A stretch of DNA of 64,000 nt from Nitrosopumilus sp. Lineage in GTDB: Archaea > Thermoproteota > Nitrososphaeria > Nitrososphaerales > Nitrosopumilaceae. Location of the stretch: the NCBI GenBank assembly GCA_965205215.1, contig OZ242041.1:1024001-1088000 (forward strand), written 5' to 3'. Shown piece by piece: positions 19,584-29,189 of the stretch. The notes beneath the pieces were generated by a model. That model saw only the letters and a program-made list of their open reading frames with translations, searched no databases and was not told the origin of the DNA. Position 1 is the stretch's first letter. Each line of letters opens with the position of its first letter. Made by a program: the position numbers and the translations under genes.

Positions 19584-19603
19584 ATATAAATCTAGATTTA
19601 TAT
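19584..19603. promoter_or_regulatory. Perfect 20-bp palindrome, putative ArsR operator
   Basis: ATATAAATCT|AGATTTATAT between divergent arsC and arsR, overlapping the arsR start codon. Confidence 0.7.
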
Positions 19604-19967
19604 GAATGACGATGGTTTGGACGCAGGCGGCAGCGGCGCATGGCTCCTGAGGTGCATATGCGACGAGACGCGCTTTGCCATGCTGGAGATGCTCCAAAAG
19701 GAGAAGGAGATGTGCGTGGGTGACTTTGTCTCACACCTCCAGAGGGACCAGCCGCTGGTATCGCACCACCTGAAGAGGCTCAAAGAGTGCGGGATCCTGA
19801 CGTCGAGGCAGGACGGCAAGAAGGCGATGTACCGGATATCAAATCCGCGCCTCGCGGGACTGATCGCGGACATTGCCGATGCCGGACGGCAGATTCCGAA
19901 CCTGTGCGGCGACAACGGCGGCAGCGGTGACGGCATGGGTTCGGACGGCCGCGCGTGCGGATGCTGA
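19602..19967 (+). CDS. arsR: ArsR/SmtB family transcriptional regulator
   Basis: DETR..ML..L, MCV, QPLVSHHLKRLKECGIL, YRI; Cys-rich termini. Confidence 0.88.
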   Translation: MNDDGLDAGGSGAWLLRCICDETRFAMLEMLQKEKEMCVGDFVSHLQRDQPLVSHHLKRLKECGILTSRQDGKKAMYRISNPRLAGLIADIADAGRQIPNLCGDNGGSGDGMGSDGRACGC

Positions 19968-19981
19968 CGGGGGCGCTACAC

Positions 19982-21532
19982 TCAGAGCGCGACGCATCCG
20001 TTGTTCTCGCCGTTTATCACGCTGTCGTGCCAGTGTGCAAAGCGGTCGCTGTGCTCCGTATGTATCGGAATTATGTTCTTTGCATTGGACCCCTTTGCCA
20101 CCCTCTTGATCTGATCCCCCGTTCCGTGCCCGGAGACGTGCAGCGTAATCCACGACTCTTCGTCCCTGATCAGCCCAAAGTGGTGCAGCCACCGCTTTAT
20201 CCTGTCGTGGCCAAGCTCCATCTCGTCGCTGAACGGCTCCGTGGACGAGTGTATGTACGACGAGCCCCCCTCCGGGCGTATGTCGATCAGCTGCTGCAGG
20301 TTGTAGTCGTTGCAGTACAGGACGTACCCCTTCTGCGCTGCCTTTACGTCTGAATACGTGGCCTGCTCCGCCTTGCCGTTGATTATCTCCTTTTTCCATT
20401 TTTCCGAATAGTCCCCCATCATCAGGCTGTCGTCCCACGCCCCCTTCTTGGCCCCTACCAGGCCCTTGCTCATTCTGGGCAGGAAGATCTTGATGTTCGG
20501 ATCGTCCAGGCGCGGGTACGCGCCCCTGTTCTCCTTTGAGGACTCGAACCGCTTTAGCAGGTATGCCTGCTTGAAGTCGATCAGCATGTACCTGCCGGAC
20601 CTCACCGCCGCGTTGTACAGCGACAGGAACCTGTCGAGATCCCTTACCGGATACGACACCACCGACAGCTTTTCTGTGTTCTGCATGACCTCGAGCGCGT
20701 CCTCCTCCACGCTCTCCTCGGTGGGCGAGGACCTGACGTCGACGCGCGTCCCCTCGCACAGCATATAGTCCGGCTTCTCGGAGCCGCACGCGTCGACGAA
20801 CCTTTCTGTCTCCTTTTTGCGCCTGCCGTGGAACCTGAGATCCCCGGTATACGCGATCGAGCCTGCCGACGTGTGTATCATGAACCCGCATGCCCCCGGA
20901 AGCGAGTGGTCCACCGGGAGGGGCTCGAACTCGATGGAGTCTATCCTGTACTTTTTGTACGGCTTTACGAGCGATATGTTGCGGCCGCGCTCCTCCCTGT
21001 TCTTGCTGCTCGTGGCCCAGCTGGCGCTGCCCTTTGTATTGGTGTACGTCTTGAACTCTTCTTTGTACGTGACAAAGTGGCCGCCTCCCATCCCGGTGTC
21101 CTGGAGCGCCTGCATGATGATCTTGGTGGCCTCCGTGCAGTATACCGGGATGTCGGGCCTCAGGTAGTGTATGTACTCGCAGTGGTCCACGTGGGCGTGC
21201 GTGAGCAGCACGCCGTGTATGGAGTCCTCTGACTTGCTGTCCTTTTTGAACCACCCCTTTGGATCCGGCCCTTTTGCGAGGTGCCCTGTGTAGTCCCGCC
21301 TGTATATGCCCCTTATCCGGGGGAGCAGCCCGAACTCAAACAGGTCCGCCAGCGCACTGCCCTTTCTGGGGCCCATCATCATGTCGTAGTACTTGCCGTG
21401 CAGCCCCATCTGCATCCCGAAGTCCAGGAATATCCTAGTCCCCTTGTCCTCGAGCAGGAACTTGTTGCCGCCTATCTCGTTCATCCCCCCGTAAAACGTG
21501 ATTCTTGGGCCCCTTGCGGCTGCCAATGCCAT
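19982..21532 (-). CDS. MBL-fold / beta-CASP hydrolase (RNase J-like)
   Basis: GGMNEIGGN, LDFG, THAHVDH, DHS, YTGDLRFHG, HVSGH, PIHTE. Confidence 0.85.
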   Translation of the reverse strand: MALAAARGPRITFYGGMNEIGGNKFLLEDKGTRIFLDFGMQMGLHGKYYDMMMGPRKGSALADLFEFGLLPRIRGIYRRDYTGHLAKGPDPKGWFKKDSKSEDSIHGVLLTHAHVDHCEYIHYLRPDIPVYCTEATKIIMQALQDTGMGGGHFVTYKEEFKTYTNTKGSASWATSSKNREERGRNISLVKPYKKYRIDSIEFEPLPVDHSLPGACGFMIHTSAGSIAYTGDLRFHGRRKKETERFVDACGSEKPDYMLCEGTRVDVRSSPTEESVEEDALEVMQNTEKLSVVSYPVRDLDRFLSLYNAAVRSGRYMLIDFKQAYLLKRFESSKENRGAYPRLDDPNIKIFLPRMSKGLVGAKKGAWDDSLMMGDYSEKWKKEIINGKAEQATYSDVKAAQKGYVLYCNDYNLQQLIDIRPEGGSSYIHSSTEPFSDEMELGHDRIKRWLHHFGLIRDEESWITLHVSGHGTGDQIKRVAKGSNAKNIIPIHTEHSDRFAHWHDSVINGENNGCVAL

Positions 21533-21577
21533 GGTGGCGTCGCGGGCGCTAATAAGGCTGGCGTGCTGCCGCGTGCG

Positions 21578-22198
21578 CTAGTGCTTGCCGCTTACGATGT
21601 AGTTGACCGCCCTGCTCATGTGCATGGCGTGATCCGCAATCCTCTCGAGGTATCCGAGCAGCAGCGCCTCGACTAGCGCGCACCTCTTGTCCGTGCCGGA
21701 TGCGCCCAGCATGGGGAGCCTCTCCTTGTATATCTTGTCCACGTACTCCTCGTTGACTGCTATCATGCCCGCCTTGCCCGTGTCGAGCATCGCAAATGAC
21801 TGCAGCGCACCCTTTGCCATCTGCATAGTCTCGTTTGTCACCTGGTGGAGCCACTCGTTGTTGCACGACGATATGTCCCCGAACTTGTCGCGGACAAACG
21901 TTATGTCATACGAGTACCTGCCGAACCTGTGGAGCGCGTACGATATCTCGATTGCCGACCTGATGAACCTAAAGTCAGATGCCACGGGCTGAAACTTTAG
22001 CATCGTGGTGAATACCAGCTCCCCCACCTCGTGGTATTTTTCGGTAATTTCGTCTGACATGTCCTTGACCTCCGTGATGGGGTTCGTCCCCTTGAGGTAC
22101 GAGTTGATCGCCGTCTCCAGGCTCTGTATGGCCAGGTCGCCCATCTCCGACATCAGCGCGGACAGCTGGTGCAGGTTGGGGTCCATGAGCCGCGTCAT
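21578..22198 (-). CDS. phoU: Phosphate signalling complex protein PhoU
   Basis: QPVASDFR, YLERIADHA; directly downstream of pstB. Confidence 0.9.
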   Translation of the reverse strand: MTRLMDPNLHQLSALMSEMGDLAIQSLETAINSYLKGTNPITEVKDMSDEITEKYHEVGELVFTTMLKFQPVASDFRFIRSAIEISYALHRFGRYSYDITFVRDKFGDISSCNNEWLHQVTNETMQMAKGALQSFAMLDTGKAGMIAVNEEYVDKIYKERLPMLGASGTDKRCALVEALLLGYLERIADHAMHMSRAVNYIVSGKH

Positions 22199-22324
22199 TT
22201 TCACAGCTTGTATCATGCCCTGATACTTTAATCGTGCGCGTCAGGGGTCTGTGCCGGACTCGCGTCCGGCCCGCCCGCCGTGATGAATCTTGGTTTGCCG
22301 CGCAGTCACTTGGCCGCGTGGTTG

Positions 22325-23158
22325 TCAGCCGAACTGGCCTTCGACGTACTTTGCGGTCAGCTCGTTTCTGGGGTTTTGGAATATGTCGTCGGTCCTTCCG
22401 TGCTCTATGAGGTCGCCCAGGTACATGAACGCGGTGTAGTCCGAGCACCTGATTGCCTGCTGCATGTTGTGCGTCACTATGATGATGCAGTACTCGCTTG
22501 AGAGGTCCTTTATCGTCTCCTCGATCTTCTGGGTCGCAATCGGGTCCAGCGCGGACGCCGGCTCGTCCATCAGCAGTACCTCCGGCTGTATCGCAAGGGC
22601 CCTTGCAATGCACAGCCTCTGCTGCTGGCCCCCCGACAGCTCGATTGCGGGCCTCTTGAGGTCGTCGCTCACCTCGTCCCACAGGTACGCCATCTTCAGG
22701 CAGTCCTCCACGATCTCGTCGAGTATGGCCCTGTCCCTCACCCCGTTGAGCCTTACGCCGGACACGACGTTGTCGTATATGGACATGGTGGGAAACGGGT
22801 TCGGCTTTTGGAACACCATTCCGACCTTTCTCCTGTGGTATATGGGGTCTATGTTGGAGTCGTACAGGTCCGTCTGGTCTATCGTGACCCTCCCCTCCAC
22901 GCGCGAGCCCGGGGTCATGTCGTGCATGCGGTTAAGGCAGCGCAGAAAGGTGGTCTTGCCGCATCCTGAAGGCCCTATCAGCGCTGTGATGGAGTTCTCC
23001 GGGAACTTTAGGCTGATGTCCTTTACTGCCCTGACGTCGCCGTAGTATACGTTGACGTTTTCTGTCACCATCTTGAAGCGCTTGTTTGCAAAGACGCCGC
23101 CCTGCTTTTCGTCACTCGGTGCCCGCTTTTGCGGCTCGGCCGTTATGATGTTGCTCAT
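22325..23158 (-). CDS. pstB: Phosphate ABC transporter ATP-binding protein
   Basis: [49 protein letters not shown]. Confidence 0.96.
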   Translation of the reverse strand: MSNIITAEPQKRAPSDEKQGGVFANKRFKMVTENVNVYYGDVRAVKDISLKFPENSITALIGPSGCGKTTFLRCLNRMHDMTPGSRVEGRVTIDQTDLYDSNIDPIYHRRKVGMVFQKPNPFPTMSIYDNVVSGVRLNGVRDRAILDEIVEDCLKMAYLWDEVSDDLKRPAIELSGGQQQRLCIARALAIQPEVLLMDEPASALDPIATQKIEETIKDLSSEYCIIIVTHNMQQAIRCSDYTAFMYLGDLIEHGRTDDIFQNPRNELTAKYVEGQFG

Positions 23159-23161
23159 AAC

Positions 23162-24169
23162 CTATGCACTGCCTCCCCTCATGTTTGGCAATAAACCTTT
23201 GCGCGATCTCCTGCCGCCGTTTGCCCCGATGCCGCCGCCCCTTCTCCCCTGGAAGTAGTACCGCACGCCGACGTGTATTGCAAGTATTATAATCACCAGG
23301 ACGAGCGCGGCCCCCCACCCGGCAAGCCTGGCCTCCTCGTACGGCAGCAGCGAAAAGCGCCATATGCGCAGGGGCAGCGCGTCCATGGGCGCGTCAAGCG
23401 ACGAGAAGAACTGGCTGCTTCCCAGTATCGTCATTATGAGCGGGGCCGTCTCGCCGCCTATCCTTGACACGGACAGCAGCACGCCGGTCAGGAGCCCGCG
23501 CTTTGCGGTTGCAAGCACTATGCGGAACGCGATCGTGGCCTTCTTGAGGCCCAGCGCAGTACCCGCCTCCCTGTACGTCCAGGGCACCATCTTGAGCTGC
23601 TCCTCCGTGGCCCTTGCGACTATGGGGAACATGATGAGCGAGAGCGCAAAGGCGCCGGCCCATATCGAAAAGTGTCCCAACAGCAGGACGATTGCCAAAA
23701 ACGCGAACAGCCCGAGCACGATGGACGGCACCTCCATGAACACGTCAAGCAGGAACCTCATCTGCTTTGCCAACCGGCTGCCGCTGCCCACCTCTGAGAG
23801 GTACACGCCGGCGCCGATTCCTATCGGTATGCCTATCAGCGACGAGAGCCCGATGATGATTATGGTGCCCTGTATGGCGGGCCCCACGTTTATCGTGCCC
23901 GCGCCTATGGCCCCGGGCTCCTCTGTGAAGAATTCGACTGAGAGGGCGGGGGCCCCTCCTACTATGAGCTGCCCGAGTATCCAGAAGAGCGGCACTATGG
24001 CGACTATGGCGCACGCCGTAATCCCGCCCACCATTATGCGGTCCACCTTGAGCCTGCCGCTCACGTTTGACTTGAACATGGCCCTGATCTCGGCCCGCCG
24101 CCGGCTTCTTGGGGTGGATGCCGTGGCCGCCGCCCCGCCGCCCCCGTAGTGCGCGTCGCCGCCGGTCAA
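23162..24169 (-). CDS. pstA: Phosphate ABC transporter permease PstA
   Basis: VPSIVLGLF, EAGTALG, SRIGGETAPL. Confidence 0.93.
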   Translation of the reverse strand: MTGGDAHYGGGGAAATASTPRSRRRAEIRAMFKSNVSGRLKVDRIMVGGITACAIVAIVPLFWILGQLIVGGAPALSVEFFTEEPGAIGAGTINVGPAIQGTIIIIGLSSLIGIPIGIGAGVYLSEVGSGSRLAKQMRFLLDVFMEVPSIVLGLFAFLAIVLLLGHFSIWAGAFALSLIMFPIVARATEEQLKMVPWTYREAGTALGLKKATIAFRIVLATAKRGLLTGVLLSVSRIGGETAPLIMTILGSSQFFSSLDAPMDALPLRIWRFSLLPYEEARLAGWGAALVLVIIILAIHVGVRYYFQGRRGGGIGANGGRRSRKGLLPNMRGGSA

Positions 24170-25152
24170 TTCCTAATCGCCCCCTCCCTCACCTTTAGCA
24201 TCCTGGTTACGATATAGTGCGCTATCACGTTTACCGCCATGGCCACGAGCAGCAGGACGAGTCCGATACCTATGAGCGCCGGCAGGTGTATGGACGCGGG
24301 CGACGCCTCGATGAACTCGTTTGCTATAATGCTTGACATGGTCTGGCTGGGGTGGAACAGCGACTGGGGTATGGCGGCCGCCCCTATCGTGTTTCCTATC
24401 AGCATCGTCACCGCCATCGTCTCCCCGATGGCCCTGCCCAGGCCGAGTATGGACGCGCCCATAAGCCCCGCCTTTGAGTACGGGAAGACCGCCAGCCTGA
24501 ACATCTCCCACGTGGTGCTTCCCAGCATGTATGCGGCCTCCTTCTGCTGCTGGGGTACTGCCATCATCACCTCCCTTGAGACCGCGGATATGGTGGGTAT
24601 GATCATTATGGCCAGTATGATACTGGCCGAAAGCACGTCGAGCCCGAACGGGGCCCCGGAGAACAGGAATATCGAGTCGCCAAACGCGTCGTGCAGCGGC
24701 TCCTCTATCCAGTCCCTAAAGTATATCCTGAATATGAACAGCCCCCACAGGCCGTACACCACGCTTGGCACCGCCTCAAGCAGCTCGATGAGGTATCCCA
24801 TGGGCTGGCCGATCCTCCTTGGGACGATCATGACGAACATCGCTATGCCGATGCTCAGCGGCAGCGCTATCGTCATGGCAATTGCTGACGTGATCAGCGT
24901 CCCCAGTATGTACGGCAGGGCCCCGTACGACTCGCGGCCCTCCACCGCGTTCCAGTCCGTCCCGGTGATAAAGCCCACCACCCCCTCCTCCTGCCAGACC
25001 GGCCCGGACTCCCATCCGAGCTGCAGCACCATGATCAGTATGATCGCGAGGACGTAGACGCCCGCGAGGGCTGTTCCCACCTTGAACAGCTTGTCCACGA
25101 GCGGGGGCCGCCCCTCCCGCGCAATCCTGCCACCGAGGCGGTCCTTCTGCAT
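24166..25152 (-). CDS. pstC: Phosphate ABC transporter permease PstC
   Basis: VPSVVYGLWG, EAAYMLG, GRAIGETMAV; start uncertain (25152, 25185 or 25221). Confidence 0.93.
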   Translation of the reverse strand: MQKDRLGGRIAREGRPPLVDKLFKVGTALAGVYVLAIILIMVLQLGWESGPVWQEEGVVGFITGTDWNAVEGRESYGALPYILGTLITSAIAMTIALPLSIGIAMFVMIVPRRIGQPMGYLIELLEAVPSVVYGLWGLFIFRIYFRDWIEEPLHDAFGDSIFLFSGAPFGLDVLSASIILAIMIIPTISAVSREVMMAVPQQQKEAAYMLGSTTWEMFRLAVFPYSKAGLMGASILGLGRAIGETMAVTMLIGNTIGAAAIPQSLFHPSQTMSSIIANEFIEASPASIHLPALIGIGLVLLLVAMAVNVIAHYIVTRMLKVREGAIRN

Positions 25153-25382
25153 GTAACAACGGGCGCGCCTGGGGATATCTGCCATTGAGCTATAGTCTAT
25201 GGTCTTACCGTACGCAGCCATATTCTATATAGTATATTTTAACGAGCGGCATAGTCCCGCTGTTCTGTGATGGAGCGGCCGTGTCCCCCGCGTGCGTGGC
25301 GGCCCGCAGCGCGCGGTGACGGTTCGGTGGTGGCAGTGACGACAGCGGCAGCGGCACTGATCGCGGGGGTGGCGCGCGGGCC

Positions 25383-26234
25383 GTGCTAGGGGCAGTGGCA
25401 GGCTCCGCCGAGGAGCTTGTCATACTAGGGGCAGCGGCACTTGCGATCGGCTTTGTGGGGGGAATGGTGGGGCTGGTGCTTGGCGTCGTGCGCTATCCCA
25501 TAATCCTGGGCGCAGAGTCCTCTGCGTTTGTGGCGGCCGGCACGAACATAGGGGTCAGCACGGCGGGCGCGATATCTGGCGCGGTCGGGCACCTCCGCTC
25601 AAACCGCTTCCACCTGAGGGTATTTTCCGTAATGGCGGTCACGGGAGCGGCAGGCGGCTTTGCAGGCAGCTTTGCCACGTCGGCCGTCCCGGCGTACGCG
25701 CTTCTGGGGCTGGTGCTGTGCATAGTGTGCTACGAGTCGTACTCCCTTGCGCGCCCAGGCAGGGGGGCCGGGGCGGCGGACTCGCGCGGCAGCGCCGCTG
25801 AGCCGGGCGGTGCCTCCGCGGCCGATTCGGATTCGGACGGCGCAACTCTCTCAAGGTCCCGGATTGCAAAGGAGGCGTCGATAGGGCTGGGGGTCGGCCT
25901 GCTGGGGGGCATGGTGGGGCTCGTGCTTGGGAGCGTCAGGCTGCCTGCGATGATGCGCATCCTGCGCATGCGCCCGCGGGTGGCGGTTGGGACGAACCTT
26001 GCCGCGTCGGCCGTCATGGGCGCCGCGGCCGTCGCGGGGCACCTCATAAACGGGGGCATCAGCATCCCGATGCTTGCGGTCATGGCCCCGGCCGCGATGG
26101 CGGGGGCGTATGCGGGCTCACGGTTCACGGGGCGCTTTGATGACGGCACGCTAAAGCGCGTGATAGGCGTGGTCCTTGCGGGCGTGGCCGTGTTCCTTGC
26201 GGCGCGGCTTGCCGCGTCGCTCCAGCTTGCCTGA
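25383..26234 (+). CDS. TauE/SafE (TSUP) family membrane exporter
   Basis: Two internal repeats GxxGGMVGLVLG...AxGTN; about 8 TM segments. Confidence 0.82.
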   Translation: MLGAVAGSAEELVILGAAALAIGFVGGMVGLVLGVVRYPIILGAESSAFVAAGTNIGVSTAGAISGAVGHLRSNRFHLRVFSVMAVTGAAGGFAGSFATSAVPAYALLGLVLCIVCYESYSLARPGRGAGAADSRGSAAEPGGASAADSDSDGATLSRSRIAKEASIGLGVGLLGGMVGLVLGSVRLPAMMRILRMRPRVAVGTNLAASAVMGAAAVAGHLINGGISIPMLAVMAPAAMAGAYAGSRFTGRFDDGTLKRVIGVVLAGVAVFLAARLAASLQLA

Positions 26235-26397
26235 CTGCGGGGGCCGCGGGCTTCTTTGCGACGGCGGCCGCACGTGATAGACCCTGGCGTGCCGGTGCCG
26301 GCCCTGCGCACGCGCGTTATATGGCGGGCGCCCCCATCCTGTCATCCGAGCCAAAAAACAAAAAATTATTGCTGTTGTCGCGTCTAGCCGTACGTCA

Positions 26398-27678
26398 CTA
26401 TTCGACTATTATGATTCCCTCTTGAATCAAAAACTGCAGGGCGCCTATCAGGTCAGCGTCTGATATGCCCCCCTCCGCATAGTATCCGAAGAGGGTCTTT
26501 ACCCACGACGGGATGAGTTCCCCGTCGCCGCTGTCTGACCCTGCCGGCTCTGCTGCAACGCTGGTCGGCCCCGTGTATACGGGCTGTCCCTGGTATGTGA
26601 TCTTGGAGAGTCCCTCCAGTCCGATGTTCTGCACGGGTGCCGAGATCGGCACGTACAGGAGGTCCGCGTTGTACTGCTGCCCGTCGGTGATTATCCACGC
26701 GATGAGGTTTGCCACCTCCTTTGCGTGGTCGTAGTCCCTGACCGAGCCGTCGAGATCGGGATGCACAATCAGGTACGAAAAGCTCGTAATCGGGTACGAG
26801 TTCTCGCCCGGTGCCGCAAGCAGGTCGACTCCCCTCCAGCTCTCGTGAGCCCCTGGGAGCGTCGGCGCCGCCCCGCCCGATGCGGCCGACGCGCTGTCCA
26901 GCGTCGGCATCACAAAGCCGGTCCTGTCGCCGTTCTGGATTGCCGCCACCGTCGTGTCTTCCTGGAACGCGTATGCAAGCGTGATGTAGCCGATTGCGCC
27001 CTCGTTGGTCTTTACCAGTGCGGCGACGCCCTCGTTTCCGGGCGCGCCGAATCCTGTGCGCCACTGGACGCTCTTGCCTGCCCCGACCTCTTCCTCCCAT
27101 TCCGGGCACACCTTTGTCAGGTAGCTGGTAAAGGCGAACGTCGTTCCGGAGCCGTCGGATCTCTGCGCCACAAACACGTTCTTCTCAGGCAGGCTTACGC
27201 CCGGGTTGTGCTCTGTTATCCTTGGATCGTTCCATTCTGTGATCTCTCCGAGGTAGATGCCGCAGAGCGCCTCCTCTGTCAGCTTCAGTCCCGTATCCAC
27301 CCCTGGCAGGTTGTACGCCAGTGATATGGCACCTATCATCTCCGGTATGGTAATTGATCCGGGGGCTAGCTCGTACTCAGAGTCCCTGAGCGGCGCGTCT
27401 GATGCCGCAAAGTTGACCGTCTTCTCGATGTGCTGCTTTACCCCGCCCCCGCTTCCGATCGACTGGTAGTTGAGCTCGATATGCGGATTGATCTCGGCAT
27501 ATTTTACCCTCCACAGGTCCATCAGCGGGAACGCGAACGATGCGCCCGCAGCGTCAATCCTGACGGTGTCTGCCTCCTGCGCCTGCGCCGCCTGCATGGC
27601 TCCGCCCGAGGTGTATGTGGGCAGGAGCGAAGTCATTAGTACTGCGATCAGTGCTATTGTTGCAATTCGTTTCGTCAT
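26398..27678 (-). CDS. pstS: Phosphate ABC transporter substrate-binding protein with a C-terminal thaumarchaeal surface domain
   Basis: GASFAFP, SIGSGGG, FAASD, RSDGSGTT, YPI; signal peptide; C-terminal IPSWVK...FLIQEGII. Confidence 0.94.
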   Translation of the reverse strand: MTKRIATIALIAVLMTSLLPTYTSGGAMQAAQAQEADTVRIDAAGASFAFPLMDLWRVKYAEINPHIELNYQSIGSGGGVKQHIEKTVNFAASDAPLRDSEYELAPGSITIPEMIGAISLAYNLPGVDTGLKLTEEALCGIYLGEITEWNDPRITEHNPGVSLPEKNVFVAQRSDGSGTTFAFTSYLTKVCPEWEEEVGAGKSVQWRTGFGAPGNEGVAALVKTNEGAIGYITLAYAFQEDTTVAAIQNGDRTGFVMPTLDSASAASGGAAPTLPGAHESWRGVDLLAAPGENSYPITSFSYLIVHPDLDGSVRDYDHAKEVANLIAWIITDGQQYNADLLYVPISAPVQNIGLEGLSKITYQGQPVYTGPTSVAAEPAGSDSGDGELIPSWVKTLFGYYAEGGISDADLIGALQFLIQEGIIIVE

Positions 27679-27874
27679 TACACCCCTGCTCTCTAAAGGC
27701 TACTTAGTCCTGTAGTGTATAGTCTATGTATGCGTATGATGAAACATGTGGGGTATGATCTGCCCTATATGCATATGGTTGCGGGGTTCTGCTGTGAATT
27801 CGTGAGCCGGGCGCGGCTGGCCCCTGAAGGTCATATGGCCGTACAAAAACCGAATTCTTGAAAACGGAATCGTC

Positions 27875-28885
27875 TCACAGGTGCTTTACCACGAATCCGG
27901 ACTCCTTGCAGCCGTCATAGTTGTGGCGTATCTCTGTGGGCCAGCCCTTTCCCGTATCGAGAAGATCAAGCGATTTTCTCATCTCCCTGAGCCGGTCGTA
28001 ATAGCCGTGGTTTCTCTCAATCAGACACTCTGTAAACTCTGGTTGTACAAGCGAGTCGCTCTTTCGCAGGTTGCAGTTCTGGCAGCTGAGAACCAGGTTC
28101 CAGGGATCGTCGTCAAACATGTAGGACCACGGTATGAAGTGGTCGACGTTTATGTAGTGCCTCTCCAGTCTTGCCCGGCAGTAAAAGCAGTGGGTGGAGT
28201 CCCTGAACATGGTGCGGTACTTGTTGAGGCTGCCCCTCCTCGCGTTGGCATTCTCCAGCTTTGAGATTAGCTTGGGCATGGTGTTTATCTTTTCAAGATA
28301 CCGTGTCCACTCCACCAGGACTGCCTTTAGCAGCACATCGTAATGGCTGCTCAAAAACTTGGATATTCCATCCTTGAGGTGGATCATCTTTTCCTTGTCG
28401 CTGTGGGTGTAGAATACGCCTGCCTCCTCCTTGCTGAGCCCCCTGATGTTCTGGAACCTGGGAACGACTTGGGATGTGCCGTTGTTTTCGTTTCCAAACA
28501 CCCTCTTCATCATGCTCTCTTCTGCCGCCTCCTTGGCCTCTCTGTCGACGTCCTTGAACAGCTTGGCGGGATCGCTTCCAAACCTCTCCTGAATGATCTG
28601 CACGGCATGGGGCATGCTTTTCGTGCTAAAGCTCTGTTTTATTCTGAATAGGGACTCCTGGTGCCAGTAGTACTTTACAAAGGATTCTGCAAGATAGTCA
28701 TACGGCACGTGATCCCTAATGCTAGGATCTGATCCGTAGTCCGCCTGCTTTCTACAGTGTTCGAGCAGGGCCCGGGCCAGCGCGAACTTGTACGTGTTGC
28801 TCTTGCTACCCTTGGTTAGTATGCGCAGGAATGCCTTACGTAACTCGGCATCCGACGGAACCCCGGATCCCATGGGTGAATTCAT
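27875..28885 (-). CDS. HNH endonuclease domain protein (putative restriction/defence nuclease)
   Basis: N-terminal TYKFALARALLE; C-terminal CFYC...VDHFIPWS...NLVLSCQNCNLRKSD; lower GC than flanks; start uncertain. Confidence 0.85.
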   Translation of the reverse strand: MNSPMGSGVPSDAELRKAFLRILTKGSKSNTYKFALARALLEHCRKQADYGSDPSIRDHVPYDYLAESFVKYYWHQESLFRIKQSFSTKSMPHAVQIIQERFGSDPAKLFKDVDREAKEAAEESMMKRVFGNENNGTSQVVPRFQNIRGLSKEEAGVFYTHSDKEKMIHLKDGISKFLSSHYDVLLKAVLVEWTRYLEKINTMPKLISKLENANARRGSLNKYRTMFRDSTHCFYCRARLERHYINVDHFIPWSYMFDDDPWNLVLSCQNCNLRKSDSLVQPEFTECLIERNHGYYDRLREMRKSLDLLDTGKGWPTEIRHNYDGCKESGFVVKHL

Positions 28886-28943
28886 ACCAGAGACCAATAT
28901 ATTCTGGTATGCGGTAGCGGGTTGTGGTTACGGCCGCGGCCGG

Positions 28944-29013
<70 letters not shown>

Positions 29014-29035
29014 AACGCATGTAAACCTCCGGCTT

Positions 29036-29160
29036 CAAGCAGCGCCGTTGGCTGACCCCTACCCACACATGGCACATGATGCCTTGTTGTTGAATGGGGC
29101 GATCCGAGCTGCGGCGATAGTGGGGCACGACCCCTGATAGATGGGTGCAGCTTCCAGCCT
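29036..29160 (+). ncRNA. Putative bridge/seek RNA of the IS110 element
   Basis: By-eye fold: a 5' hairpin plus two stem/internal-loop/hairpin arms; loop sequences match the target flanks (10/10 and 8/8 nt) and partly the donor junction; ends approximate. Confidence 0.72.
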
Positions 29161-29189
29161 ACAAAGTGAAAGAAAAGGGAGGTGAGAAA

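Noticed and set aside
27875-28897. HNH gene as Cas9/IscB or as IS cargo
   Set aside because: No RuvC motifs are visible, and the gene lies outside the IS ends defined by the IRs and GA core.
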